From NCBI GenBank assembly GCA_965222375.1, contig CBDCTZ010000012.1, positions 704,129 to 768,128 of the forward strand: a stretch of DNA of 64,000 nucleotides, read 5' to 3'. Both the position numbers and the translations under genes were made by a program. This document shows, piece by piece, positions 18,573-28,430 of the stretch. This stretch comes from Polyangiaceae bacterium (GTDB taxonomy: Bacteria > Myxococcota_A > Polyangia > Polyangiales > Polyangiaceae). The number at the start of each line of letters is the position of its first letter. Position 1 is the stretch's first letter. The notes beneath the pieces were generated by a model. The model saw only the letters and a list, made by a program, of their open reading frames with translations. It was not told where the DNA came from and made no database searches.

Positions 18573-21500
18573 GGCTTGGGAGGGGGAACGTCGATGAAGG
18601 AGCAGGCGCCCTGTCCGAACTGCTTGCCGAGGCATTGGTGACTCGACGGATGGGATAGATAGTAGAGATCGGCCCCTCCCGTCGAAAAGAATCGCCCGAT
18701 CACATGGGTTGTGTACTGCCCAGAGTCCCAGTTGTCACAAGGGGTTGGCGGGTTGAAGCCATGCACTCCCTTCGGCTCGATGTAGGCCATCATTTGGGCC
18801 AAGACCCGTTGATCCGCCTGCCAGGCAGTGGCGTCGGGGCTGAAGGGTTTGCCTTTCAGGCGTGGCGCCCAGACCGCGTCGATGCTGTTCGGTGTAGCCG
18901 GCATTGCGATTCGGCCCGTGCGCAGCGGAGTGCTTGACTGGGCTTCGCCGTAGAGGTCGAGACCCTCGTCCAGGGCGTCCGCGTCGAAGAGGAACTGCGC
19001 GCAATCCTTTTCGCTGATCGGCTTCTTCACGCAACGGTCGTTGACGCAAATCTGACCGCTGTAGCAACTGCTGGTGTCGTCCTTAGTGCAGTTCGGGTGG
19101 CACACGACGTCGGTTGGCGTGACCGGAAGCTCGTTGGGCCGGCAGGAGGTCAGGTCACTGGGTGCCTGGCGTTCGAGACGGTTGATGCCTTCCATGACAT
19201 GGTTTTCCACGAGCAAGCGATTCGGTGTCTTGCCTCCGAGGTCCGCGTACAGTGCCGCGGGTGTGACGTAGTCCGCATAGGCCGGATATCGGTCCGCGGC
19301 GTCCGGGGTCAAGAAGGGCAGAGCGCCGGCAACCCGGCCCAGAGCGATTCCGCTGTTGATCGGCACGTTCATGTCTCCCACCGTGACGATGTTCAACATT
19401 CCGGTTGGCGGATGCAGATTCCCGTCGGGGTCGGTGATGGGTTTGAGCCCGAAGTACGGCGCGTAGTTTACGGGATCCCCGGGGTCGACAATGTTGGACG
19501 CCAGGCTCATGAAGCGCCGCAGCGGCGGGGTTTGTCGGATGTGTCCGAAACCCTCCGCAATGGCCACCAAGGGGGAGCCTGCGCCGTAGTACTTGTTCTG
19601 GAACTTGGAGCAGCCGCCCTCTGCCGTGCACACCGGGCCTTCCTTTACGCCAGTGGGGTCCGGCGCACCCTCGGCGATCACGCCCTCGCCCCAGGTGTTG
19701 ATGACGGCGACGCGGCGATCTTTGCCCACCGTTGGATGACAGCCTTCGTCTCCATCGTAGCTGTCGACAGCGTCCACCTCGTCGTAGAGCTGAAGCTCGA
19801 GGCGATCACCCAGGCTAGAGGGCATTCCGATTCGAAAGCGCCCCTCATTGTCGACGCGCGCGCAGCGAACCTTACCGTTTCGGCCGTTGTAGACGAAGGC
19901 AGTGCCGCCGCTGGTGAAGTCTTGACGGTCCACACAATTGAACTCGACTTCACGGTCGTCATTCACGTCGACTACGACGAAGCGCAGACTGATCTGGTCC
20001 GCATTACACCTGGTCTCTTTCTCCTTGTTCTGGTCGTAGAACTCTTGAGCAGGCACGCCAGCCAAGATGGGACCGAAGTTCCGCAGGTAGATCCCCTCGA
20101 AGGCGCCGCCTTGAAACGTGCGGGAACCCACGTCCAACAGGCCTCCTGCGCCAGCGGTCGGGGCAGCTGCCACTACGTCAGGGTCGAGGGCGGCCACGAA
20201 AGGTGCGAGGATCCCGCCTAAGGATTGGCCCCAAGCGAAGAAATTGGGACCCGGGCCGCCGACGTCGGGCACGCCGTCACCATCGAAGTCTCCGGCGAGG
20301 TCGTCGCTACCGTCGGAATCGTAGTCCTGGCTGCTCATACGCTCTCCGTCGAAGTTCTTGAACACTCGGAACATCTGCATCAGGTCCACCGCGCTTTGGC
20401 GGACGACGTCCCGCGTGTGAAACAGATAGCTCGTCCAGTAGTCGCCACCGGAGTCCGGAGTGAGATCTCCATCGAGATCTCGACCTCGGCCGGTGAGCAT
20501 GTTGCTCGCGAAGGGCGCCTGGCAGGCGCCGCCAAAGAGATTGCGCGCAAGCTGCAATTCCGTCTCACCCAGCTCCAGGCCGTGGAAGACGGCGTTCATC
20601 CCGACCGAGGCGATACCCTGGGATGCCAAGGGGCCCGCGAAGCCCAGCTGCTCGAGATTGGAGCTAGTATAGCCGTGACCGTAGTAGGCGACCGGGAAGG
20701 GTTGCTTTCGCGTAGTGGACTCCTTCGGCACCGTGATCATGAACTGAACGGTATCCTCGTAGACCTTTCCTTCTCCGGTCTTGAAGTCCATCGCGAAGGA
20801 TGCGTTCGGGTCTTTGCCCTTGGGGCCACCCTCGATGAAGAAAGGGACCTTGAAGGTGCCGACGGCTATGTGACTGATGGCGTCGAAGGAGTTGATCAAC
20901 GCATTGAGTTGCGGGCCATCGAAGTCGAAGGCCTGGTTGGCCAGCTCTCGAATGGTCTGCTTCACGGTCTCGAACTTCACGATGTAGAAGTTCTCGATCT
21001 TGTCTACGCAGCGTGGGTCCTTCTCCCAATCCGCAGGCTCTTCCGCGCCGTCTGCTATGGCTTCGAGATCAACCAGCCCGGCTGCTCGCGTGAGCTCGGT
21101 GTCCGGCGGGAATTGCTTGGCCAGGCGCGAGAGCGGCCCTTTGCCGTAGAGCCCATCGCGGATGACGCGCAAGTCTTCGACCACCGGTTGTGTGGTGAAG
21201 GTCCAAGTGAAGGCGACGTGTTTCAGGCCCGTACCACCGATGTCTCCGTAGTAGGAAGCCAGATCGGAATTGGATAGGTGTGCCTGAAGCTTCTTGACCC
21301 CCTCTTCCTGGGCTGGGTGGTAGACGAAGTCGAAGGGCGAGCGCACCGGGTTGCCATCGGGATCTGTCATCCGGTCCGTCACGACCACGGCATATTGAGT
21401 CTTTTCTTCTAGGGGAATTAGCGGGCGCGCGATCAACGTGTCGGTCTCTCGCTCGTAGTGCGTCAGCAGGTTGTCGGCGATGCACTGGTCGCGAGCGACC

Positions 21501-22237
21501 TCGGTGACGTTGCCCAACTGAACATCGACCTGGCTGGGGCAAGCGTCGGGGTTGGCCAGATTTGGGCGGTCGAGAACACCGTCGAAGTCCGTGTCCCATG
21601 CCGGCTTGTAGATCGGCATGCCGCTGGCGGTGACTCGGTTCGGGTCCTGCTGCCCCGTGGTGGGGTCGATGGTTTCATCCGCCGTGTCCCACATCAGGTT
21701 CTGTTCCAGCCGCCGGGAGTCGTTGCGCCAGTACTTGTGTTTCTCACGAATCACGTACTGGAAGGAGCCCTCACCGATGTCGAGAAAGACGGGCACGCCG
21801 GTTTCGAGGTTGACTACGTAGATGGTGTCATCGGCCAATTCGTAGTCGTCGCCGGCATGACGCTTTGCTAGGTTCGCCAAGTCGACGGCGGGTCGGGAAT
21901 CGTCCTTGGATATCTTGTTGAAGCCGACGGTAATCGGCGCGTAGGTGCCCCAACCCTCCAGAGTATCGAACTTCTTTCGAGCCACCTCCTCGATACTGGT
22001 TGGCGCGACGACACTGGCGTTGACTCGGAGTCCGGTTCGGCTCGTCGGATCCGGCCACATGGCGCTGTCGTTGGGGAGAGGGATTTCGGGCAGGGGTCGA
22101 TGGTAGAGATCGAACCGAATCATCGGACCGTCGCCGTCCGGCGTCTTCTTCAGTCCCGACGGCGTCTCGTCGACGCTGCATCCGAGACTCGTCAACACGA
22201 AGGTCAGCGGTAGCCCGCTCTTCAGAAAATTGCGCAT
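18569..22237 (-). CDS. Large secreted lipoprotein with alpha/beta-hydrolase (lipase-like) domain
   Basis: Lipobox SLGC; IPLPND; YGHG; GQSLGG nucleophile elbow; candidate Asp in GDMNVP and His in GVHGF; DxDGD loops. Confidence 0.8.
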   Translation of the reverse strand: MRNFLKSGLPLTFVLTSLGCSVDETPSGLKKTPDGDGPMIRFDLYHRPLPEIPLPNDSAMWPDPTSRTGLRVNASVVAPTSIEEVARKKFDTLEGWGTYAPITVGFNKISKDDSRPAVDLANLAKRHAGDDYELADDTIYVVNLETGVPVFLDIGEGSFQYVIREKHKYWRNDSRRLEQNLMWDTADETIDPTTGQQDPNRVTASGMPIYKPAWDTDFDGVLDRPNLANPDACPSQVDVQLGNVTEVARDQCIADNLLTHYERETDTLIARPLIPLEEKTQYAVVVTDRMTDPDGNPVRSPFDFVYHPAQEEGVKKLQAHLSNSDLASYYGDIGGTGLKHVAFTWTFTTQPVVEDLRVIRDGLYGKGPLSRLAKQFPPDTELTRAAGLVDLEAIADGAEEPADWEKDPRCVDKIENFYIVKFETVKQTIRELANQAFDFDGPQLNALINSFDAISHIAVGTFKVPFFIEGGPKGKDPNASFAMDFKTGEGKVYEDTVQFMITVPKESTTRKQPFPVAYYGHGYTSSNLEQLGFAGPLASQGIASVGMNAVFHGLELGETELQLARNLFGGACQAPFASNMLTGRGRDLDGDLTPDSGGDYWTSYLFHTRDVVRQSAVDLMQMFRVFKNFDGERMSSQDYDSDGSDDLAGDFDGDGVPDVGGPGPNFFAWGQSLGGILAPFVAALDPDVVAAAPTAGAGGLLDVGSRTFQGGAFEGIYLRNFGPILAGVPAQEFYDQNKEKETRCNADQISLRFVVVDVNDDREVEFNCVDRQDFTSGGTAFVYNGRNGKVRCARVDNEGRFRIGMPSSLGDRLELQLYDEVDAVDSYDGDEGCHPTVGKDRRVAVINTWGEGVIAEGAPDPTGVKEGPVCTAEGGCSKFQNKYYGAGSPLVAIAEGFGHIRQTPPLRRFMSLASNIVDPGDPVNYAPYFGLKPITDPDGNLHPPTGMLNIVTVGDMNVPINSGIALGRVAGALPFLTPDAADRYPAYADYVTPAALYADLGGKTPNRLLVENHVMEGINRLERQAPSDLTSCRPNELPVTPTDVVCHPNCTKDDTSSCYSGQICVNDRCVKKPISEKDCAQFLFDADALDEGLDLYGEAQSSTPLRTGRIAMPATPNSIDAVWAPRLKGKPFSPDATAWQADQRVLAQMMAYIEPKGVHGFNPPTPCDNWDSGQYTTHVIGRFFSTGGADLYYLSHPSSHQCLGKQFGQGACSFIDVPPPKP

Positions 22238-22325
22238 GCTCGTCCCAATCCTTGCTCCGGCCGCGTGGCCGGCAAAGCTTCCCACCGCGCTGGTGCTTGG
22301 TCAACGAAGCCCGCGCGAAAAAACG

Positions 22326-24023
22326 TCAGTACTGGAGCCCTAGGCGGCCGACGCCCAAGTACTGCGTCGACATCTTGCCACCAGACCCATCCGAGAAGGC
22401 ATTGCCGGGGAACAGCACCCCGCCTTGGGCGCCGAGCTGCAGGGTCATGCCGTAGTCGAGGGAGAGGCGATATTCGAAGCCGCCGTCGAGTTCGATCCCG
22501 AGGTCATGACTGCGTGAGTCGCCTCCGTCATAGTTGACGAAAACGCCGTTGGTTCCTACCTGAACGGGATCGACGAAGTCCGCGGTAGTCTGGGCGATGA
22601 CCACCGCGGCCTTCAGATCCAACTGCCGCACCGGTCGCATCACGATGTTGGGATACAGGTAGGTGGCGCCGAAAACCGAGCCGTCGCTCGGCAGTAGATC
22701 CGTGCCCGGGTTTGGGCGGTTCGTGAGCTGTGGGTCCCGCGCCGCAGCACTGGCTCTCGCGGTTTTCCAGTGCAGCACTTCGTCGAATAGGATTAGGCCA
22801 ACGTTGTGGTTCGGATCAAAGCGGAAGCGTCGCGTCACACCGTCGTTCGGGTTAGCGTCGCCGCTGGTCCAGCCCCACTCCAAACTCGCGACGAAATCAC
22901 CCCAGCGCTGGTCGCCATCGCCGTGGGTCGTTACAGCGCCAAGGCGCATGGCCGTTCCGAAACTGCGCACATCCTCCCGAGTATTGTTGCGTGTCTGCTG
23001 CGTGGTCCGTACGAAGCTCGTATCTCCGAAGATGTAGGCGGCTTCGTACTCGCCGAAAACGTGTCCCCGCGTACCTGGGATCTTGGCGTTGAACTTCCCC
23101 GCGGAATCGAGCGCCCAGATCTTCAGGGTCTCATCGAAGTCTCGCTCAGGGAGTGCCCGGGATTGGCGCTTCTGGCTGCGATAGACGCCGTAGAAGCCGA
23201 GCATGTTGTCGCGCTTGTCCTGGTAAAAGGCGGCTAAAACCCCCTGCAAGGCAGTTTCATCGTCGCTCAGATCGGCGTTGGAGTCCCGAAACACCAGGTC
23301 ACCGGCGATCGCCAAAGTCAGTGGGGATTCCCTACCCAGGGGCTTGGTCGCAAACAGGATTCGCTCCGTGATCGACCCTCGGTAGTAGTCGCCGAAAAGT
23401 GATGGGTGGTCGCCGTCGTTGGCGATGATTCCCATTCCCCAGTGGGATGGCTGCTGTCCGACGCGGAAGAGGCCAATGGGTGACAGGTACTCCAGATACA
23501 GCCAGCGCGGGTGCACCTCGAGGGGCTGCCGTTCGTCCATGGCGAAGTCCGCCTCGACATGTTGGGTTTCCTGGCCAGCGATGAAGCCGCGAGGCACGTC
23601 AATCTGACCGACGACCTTCAACGTGTCCGTGAAGGTCAGCTGTGGCGTGATCCGGAGCCAATGCACCAGCCGGGTCGTTTGGCCCAGGCCCGCTGAGGCC
23701 GGATCTCCGCGGAATGCACGCAGCGGTACGTCGGAGTGTTGAGACAGCCGAACCTGATACTCCCCGTGAACCTGGACCTTGAGGCTCTCCGGATCCGGTG
23801 GCTCGGGTTTCGTGCGCCCTGTTTCTAGAACGAAGCGCGGCTTGAACTCCGTGCCTGCGGTTTCGTCCGATGGCGGCGGTGGCGGTGGTACGGGGCGTGT
23901 GGCTGGTGCAGTGCCCGGCACTTCGCTCGCGACATCGTCCTGCGCGCTTGCAGGGCGCGCGACGAAGCACAGCGCGACGACGCAGGTGGAAAAGCGGAAA
24001 GCAGAGAGGAAATCGCGGCCCAC
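22326..24023 (-). CDS. Outer-membrane beta-barrel protein
   Basis: Signal peptide ending ASA-QD; GQQPSHWGMGI; alternating amphipathic strands; C-terminal GRLGLQY aromatic BAM-type end. Start codon uncertain. Confidence 0.78.
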   Translation of the reverse strand: MGRDFLSAFRFSTCVVALCFVARPASAQDDVASEVPGTAPATRPVPPPPPPSDETAGTEFKPRFVLETGRTKPEPPDPESLKVQVHGEYQVRLSQHSDVPLRAFRGDPASAGLGQTTRLVHWLRITPQLTFTDTLKVVGQIDVPRGFIAGQETQHVEADFAMDERQPLEVHPRWLYLEYLSPIGLFRVGQQPSHWGMGIIANDGDHPSLFGDYYRGSITERILFATKPLGRESPLTLAIAGDLVFRDSNADLSDDETALQGVLAAFYQDKRDNMLGFYGVYRSQKRQSRALPERDFDETLKIWALDSAGKFNAKIPGTRGHVFGEYEAAYIFGDTSFVRTTQQTRNNTREDVRSFGTAMRLGAVTTHGDGDQRWGDFVASLEWGWTSGDANPNDGVTRRFRFDPNHNVGLILFDEVLHWKTARASAAARDPQLTNRPNPGTDLLPSDGSVFGATYLYPNIVMRPVRQLDLKAAVVIAQTTADFVDPVQVGTNGVFVNYDGGDSRSHDLGIELDGGFEYRLSLDYGMTLQLGAQGGVLFPGNAFSDGSGGKMSTQYLGVGRLGLQY

Positions 24024-24198
24024 GGGCCGGCGAGGATAGTGATGCTCAGTGCCTAGGAGCAAGCCGATAGTGGTTCTTTCCAATCCGACGCCTGCTGGCG
24101 GCATTTCCCGTCCGAACACGCTGCCAGAAAGCGGGTGCGTTTCGGAGCAGACAGGCTTTGGCGCAGCAGAGACGTTTCATCTAGCCTTGGCGCGGCAG

Positions 24199-25743
24199 AT
24201 GACTCAGGTGATTCCCGTGGCCCTTGGTCAGGCCATCAGCGTGACGGATCTCGTGCAAGTGGCCCGGCAGGGGCGTCGCGTGCGGTTGGCGGATGTGACG
24301 CGTGCCAAGGTCGAGCGATCCCGCGCTGCCGTTGAGCGCATCCTGCTCGATGAGGATCAAGCGCCTCACGTCTACGGAGTCAATACCGGATTTGGCGCAC
24401 TTTCGGAGACGCGTATCAGTGCTGGTGACATTCTGACCTTGCAGCTCAATCTGGTGCGTAGTCACGCCACCGGCGTCGGCGCCCACCTGCCTGCAGACGC
24501 GACGCGAGCGATGCTGTTGCTGCGGGCGCAAACCCTTGCCTTGGGTCACTCGGGAGTGCGCCCCGCCGTGATCGATACCTTGCTCGCGATGCTTCAGGCG
24601 GACCTGCTGCCGTGCATCCCGGCTCAGGGCTCCGTCGGCGCTTCCGGAGACTTGGCGCCCCTTGCGCACTTGGCCCTGGGCGCGATCGGGGAGGGGGACG
24701 TGGTTCTGGCCGGTCAGCTCATGCCGGCGACGGACGCGTTTCGAAGCGCTGGGCTGTCGCCCCTGACTTTGCAGACCAAAGAAGGCCTCGCGCTGATCAA
24801 CGGGACTCAGTTCATGACCGCGCTGGGGGCCTTGAGCCTAGCTGACGCAGAGCGCATCGCCACTGCAGCAGATATTGCAGCCGCGTTGAGTGTCGACGCG
24901 CTGAAAGGCTCTTCCCGACCTTTCGATGAACGGCTCATGACCTTGCGCCCGCACCCCGGTCAAGCTCGAGTCGCAGAAAACCTGCGAAAATACCTGCGGG
25001 GCAGCGCGATCATGGAGAGCCATCGTGACTGCGGAAAGGTGCAGGACCCGTACTCCCTGCGCTGCGTGCCGCAGGTCCACGGGGCTTCCCGGGACGCTTT
25101 GGCTTTCGCGGACGAGACCATCGAGCGTGAGATCAACTCGGTAACCGACAACCCAAGCGTGTTCTTGGACGGGCTCGACGCAGCGGAGATCATCAGCGGT
25201 GGAAACTTCCACGGACAACCCGTGGCGATCGCACTCGACCTTGCGGCTATTGCCCTGGCAGAAATCGGCAATATCAGCGAGCGACGGGTCGAACAGCTCG
25301 TCAATCCGGCCCTCTCCAGCGGGCTCACCCCGTTCTTGGCTCGGGAGAGCGGTCTCGAAAGCGGCCTGATGATCGCCCAGGTCGCCAGTGCGTCCCTGGT
25401 TAGCGAAAACAAAGTCCTTTGCCACCCTGCCAGTGTGGACTCGATTCCTTCGAGTGCCGGCAAAGAGGATCACGTGTCCATGGGCAGCATCTCGGCGCGC
25501 AAGCTCGGTCAGGTGATCGATAACGTGCGCCGCAGCATCGCGATCGAATTGCTCACGGCAACAGAAGGCATTGAACAGCGTCGGCCCCTCACGGGTGGTC
25601 GAGGTGTGGAGGCAGCCCACGCAGTCATTCGTAGCGTCGTACCCGCGCTCAGCGGGGATCGCCCTCTCTACGCGGATATCGAGCGTCTAGGGGCGCTGAT
25701 CGCGGATGGGCGACTGGAGTCCGCAGTCACCGCGGCCCTCTGA
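24199..25743 (+). CDS. hutH: Histidine ammonia-lyase
   Basis: YGVNTGFG, LVRSHA, GSVGASGDLAPLAH (MIO), KEGLALINGT, QDPYSLRC, GGNFHG, EDHVSMG. Confidence 0.95.
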   Translation: MTQVIPVALGQAISVTDLVQVARQGRRVRLADVTRAKVERSRAAVERILLDEDQAPHVYGVNTGFGALSETRISAGDILTLQLNLVRSHATGVGAHLPADATRAMLLLRAQTLALGHSGVRPAVIDTLLAMLQADLLPCIPAQGSVGASGDLAPLAHLALGAIGEGDVVLAGQLMPATDAFRSAGLSPLTLQTKEGLALINGTQFMTALGALSLADAERIATAADIAAALSVDALKGSSRPFDERLMTLRPHPGQARVAENLRKYLRGSAIMESHRDCGKVQDPYSLRCVPQVHGASRDALAFADETIEREINSVTDNPSVFLDGLDAAEIISGGNFHGQPVAIALDLAAIALAEIGNISERRVEQLVNPALSSGLTPFLARESGLESGLMIAQVASASLVSENKVLCHPASVDSIPSSAGKEDHVSMGSISARKLGQVIDNVRRSIAIELLTATEGIEQRRPLTGGRGVEAAHAVIRSVVPALSGDRPLYADIERLGALIADGRLESAVTAAL

Positions 25744-25783
25744 CGCCCTTGGCGAGGCCAGGTGCGTCGCCTAGGCTGGGGCC

Positions 25784-26257
25784 ATGTTCTGGCACAAGCT
25801 GCTGCCCATCCTCGTCGCGCTCGCTGTGGCTGCCTGCGTGACGACGCGGCTGTCGCCCTATGCTCCCGTGGAGAAAAAGACCGACGCATCGCCGGAACGC
25901 CTGTACGAAGCTGCGGAGGGCACCTTGCTCGACCGGGGGTTTCTGATTGCCGAGCGCAAGCCCGAGGTTGGCACCCTGAAGACGGAGCAGCGTACGATGC
26001 TGGGCGAGGAAGTGTTTCGTAGCGAGTACCGTTACGCCTTCTCCATCGACACTCGTGGCGGGAAACTTCTCGTCGAAATGAGCTGCTCCCGCGGCGACAA
26101 GTCATCCCCAGAGCCCTGCGGCGCGGAGCGCCCCGAGAAGCTCGTGCTCGAGCAGGCGCGACTGGTTGAGGCGATCTTGGCTGAGGCGACTGGCGAGCGA
26201 CCCCCACCGCAGCAAGACGCTGGCGCCGACGCGCCGAGCGCCGAGGATGGCGGCTAG
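25784..26257 (+). CDS. Hypothetical lipoprotein
   Basis: Lipobox VAAC after a hydrophobic stretch. Confidence 0.7.
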   Translation: MFWHKLLPILVALAVAACVTTRLSPYAPVEKKTDASPERLYEAAEGTLLDRGFLIAERKPEVGTLKTEQRTMLGEEVFRSEYRYAFSIDTRGGKLLVEMSCSRGDKSSPEPCGAERPEKLVLEQARLVEAILAEATGERPPPQQDAGADAPSAEDGG

Positions 26258-27043
26258 CTACTTGCCGTGGAACTCGGGGCTGCGCCCACCGCGAAATGCG
26301 TCGATGGCTTCTCGCAAGTCTTGCGTCCCGAAGTCGATGGCCTGGTTGAGCGCTTCTGTGCCCAGGGCGCCGGGCAGTTGCTCCAGCAGCGCTTGACGCA
26401 TGGTTGCCTTGGTTTGGCGCACGGCAATGGGGGCAGCGGTACAGATGGCGTTCAGGGTTTCCGTGGCAGCCGCCTCTAGTTGGTCTCGCGCAACGGCCCG
26501 GCTCACCAGTCCGATCCGCTCGGCCTCGGAGCCGGACACCAGCGAGCCGGTGAGCAGCAACTCTGCGGCGCGTGCTGGACCGACGACATGGGGCAGCAGC
26601 GCCGTGCAGCCCATCCCGGGGTGGAGCCCGACCCGTACGAAGTTGGCGCCGAGCTTGGCTTCCTCGGCACACAGCCGGACGTCCGCAGCCAGTGCCACGC
26701 ACAGCCCCGCGCCGACCGCCGCGCCGTGAATGACGGCCACGACAGGTACCGGGAGGTGTATCAGCGAGAGGAACACAGAATAGAACTCGACCATCTTGCG
26801 TCGGTTCTCTTCCGGATCCCGCTTGGCATTCTGTTCGATCAACGAAAAATCCCCGCCGGCCGAAAACGCCTTGCCCGCGCCTCGTAGGGCGACGACGCGC
26901 ACGTTTGGGTCTTCTCTGACGTGTTCGACGGCGTCCTGCAGCGCCAGACCCATCTCGGCGGTCATGGCGTTGAACTTGTCGGGGCGGTTGAGCACCAGTT
27001 CGGCGATGCGCCCGGAACGATAGAGCACGGGGGGCTCGGTCAT
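26258..27043 (-). CDS. Enoyl-CoA hydratase/isomerase family protein
   Basis: LNRPDKFNA, AFSAGGD, GAAVGAG, EAERIGLV, FRGGRSPEFHGK. Confidence 0.92.
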   Translation of the reverse strand: MTEPPVLYRSGRIAELVLNRPDKFNAMTAEMGLALQDAVEHVREDPNVRVVALRGAGKAFSAGGDFSLIEQNAKRDPEENRRKMVEFYSVFLSLIHLPVPVVAVIHGAAVGAGLCVALAADVRLCAEEAKLGANFVRVGLHPGMGCTALLPHVVGPARAAELLLTGSLVSGSEAERIGLVSRAVARDQLEAAATETLNAICTAAPIAVRQTKATMRQALLEQLPGALGTEALNQAIDFGTQDLREAIDAFRGGRSPEFHGK

Positions 27044-27456
27044 GGATTCGCTTTCGGTCTCGAGACGGGGCCGGTCACGGGAGGGATCGGCAGGGCAGCT
27101 GGGGGACGTTCTGGGTAGCCTTCGTCAGAAGGGTCGTAGCCGGCAGCAGGCGCTGCGGCCGGGGCGCCGGGGGCTGCGCACACCACGGTGACGGTTTGCG
27201 GCGCGTAGATCAGCAAGGTCACCAGCGACACCAGGGTCTGCATCGGCTCGAGGCTGGTCCGAACCTCGGCCCAGCCTTCCGGACACAGCCTGGGCAAGTC
27301 GATAGCAGCAGCGCCCTCGATTAGTCCGCCCAGGTAGCCGTTGTGCCAGCGCTCGTAGATGGCCTCCCGGGCTGGGGCGTGGCCCGATCGCACCGTCGTT
27401 GTAAAGCAGCCCGTCGCGCAGCTCAGGGCGATGGCTGCCGCCACGTAGCGCCTCAT
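27040..27456 (-). CDS. Bor/Iss-like lipoprotein with Pro-rich tail
   Basis: Lipobox ATGC; W..GYLGGL...LCP.G...VRT...TLLIYAPQTVTVVC. Confidence 0.7.
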   Translation of the reverse strand: MRRYVAAAIALSCATGCFTTTVRSGHAPAREAIYERWHNGYLGGLIEGAAAIDLPRLCPEGWAEVRTSLEPMQTLVSLVTLLIYAPQTVTVVCAAPGAPAAAPAAGYDPSDEGYPERPPAALPIPPVTGPVSRPKANP

Positions 27457-27746
27457 TTCCTCGGCTCCTCACACACGTACACGACACGACGCGGCGAGTA
27501 GATGCCCAGGGTGAGCAGCGTCGCGCCTAGCGTGAGGCCGTTTTCGCCTGTCCGGACTCGGCTGAAGCGCGCGCTCTTGCACACGTCCCGGGCATCGAGT
27601 TCGTCATGGCCAATGGCGCCGAAGACGAAGAAGTGGGACCAGGTCGTTTGCTCTGGAGCGGACGCACTGCTGCCGCGAAAGCTCGCCGTGCAACCCACCT
27701 GGCACAGCAGCAGCAGAATCGAAAACAGCCGGAGAAAGGCGTGCAC
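27453..27746 (-). CDS. Bor/Iss-like lipoprotein
   Basis: Lipobox QVGC; HFFVFGAIG...DARDVC...TLGIYSPRRVVYVC. Confidence 0.75.
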   Translation of the reverse strand: MHAFLRLFSILLLLCQVGCTASFRGSSASAPEQTTWSHFFVFGAIGHDELDARDVCKSARFSRVRTGENGLTLGATLLTLGIYSPRRVVYVCEEPRK

Positions 27747-27824
27747 GGTGCGGCGAAGCCTAGCGCGGCCCGGTGCATTCCTTCAACCGTGCCAGTCTAG
27801 GAAGCGCCGACTGCTGCTACAGTT

Positions 27825-28349
27825 GTGGGCGTGTCTGTGATGCGCGAAATTGGAGAGCGTTTGGCGGCTATTGCCCGACGCGCGGTGGCGGCCCACCTTG
27901 CCGGAGAGAGCTCTGCCGAACCGAGCGCTGGCCCGCCGGCGCCAGTCTTCGTGACGATTCGAGGTGCTGACGGAGCGCTCCGTGGATGCATCGGTACGCT
28001 GACTGCCGCGGAAGCGAGCGTGAGCCAGGAGACTGCGCGCAACGCGGTGCTCGCGGCGAGCCGAGATCCGCGCTTCCCGGCGCTCACGCCTCAGGAGCTG
28101 CCGGGGGTCAGCTTCGAGGTCAGCGTGCTCTTGGATGAAGAGCCCGTTGCCGGTCTCGAAGAGCTGGACCCAGACCAATTCGGTGTGGTGGTTCGCGACA
28201 CGAGGGGCCGACGCGGTGTCCTGCTTCCGGATGTTCCGGGAGTGGAGACGGCAGAGCAGCAGGTGGCCATCGCCTGCCGCAAGGCCGGGATCTCGGAGTT
28301 CGCGGACGCACAGCTCGCGCGCTTTCGCGTCCTGAAATATGCGGAATGA
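27825..28349 (+). CDS. AMMECR1 domain protein (AmmeMemoRadiSam protein A)
   Basis: FVTI..DGALRGCIGT, AASRDPRF, EVSVL, GVLLP, CRKAG. Confidence 0.92.
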   Translation: MGVSVMREIGERLAAIARRAVAAHLAGESSAEPSAGPPAPVFVTIRGADGALRGCIGTLTAAEASVSQETARNAVLAASRDPRFPALTPQELPGVSFEVSVLLDEEPVAGLEELDPDQFGVVVRDTRGRRGVLLPDVPGVETAEQQVAIACRKAGISEFADAQLARFRVLKYAE

Positions 28350-28430
28350 TCCTCAGGTCAGCGCTCCAGGCCTGACCACCAGCGCGCCGGCAGATTTCGT
28401 AGTACAACCCCGGCGGCGAGGGTTTGGAAC

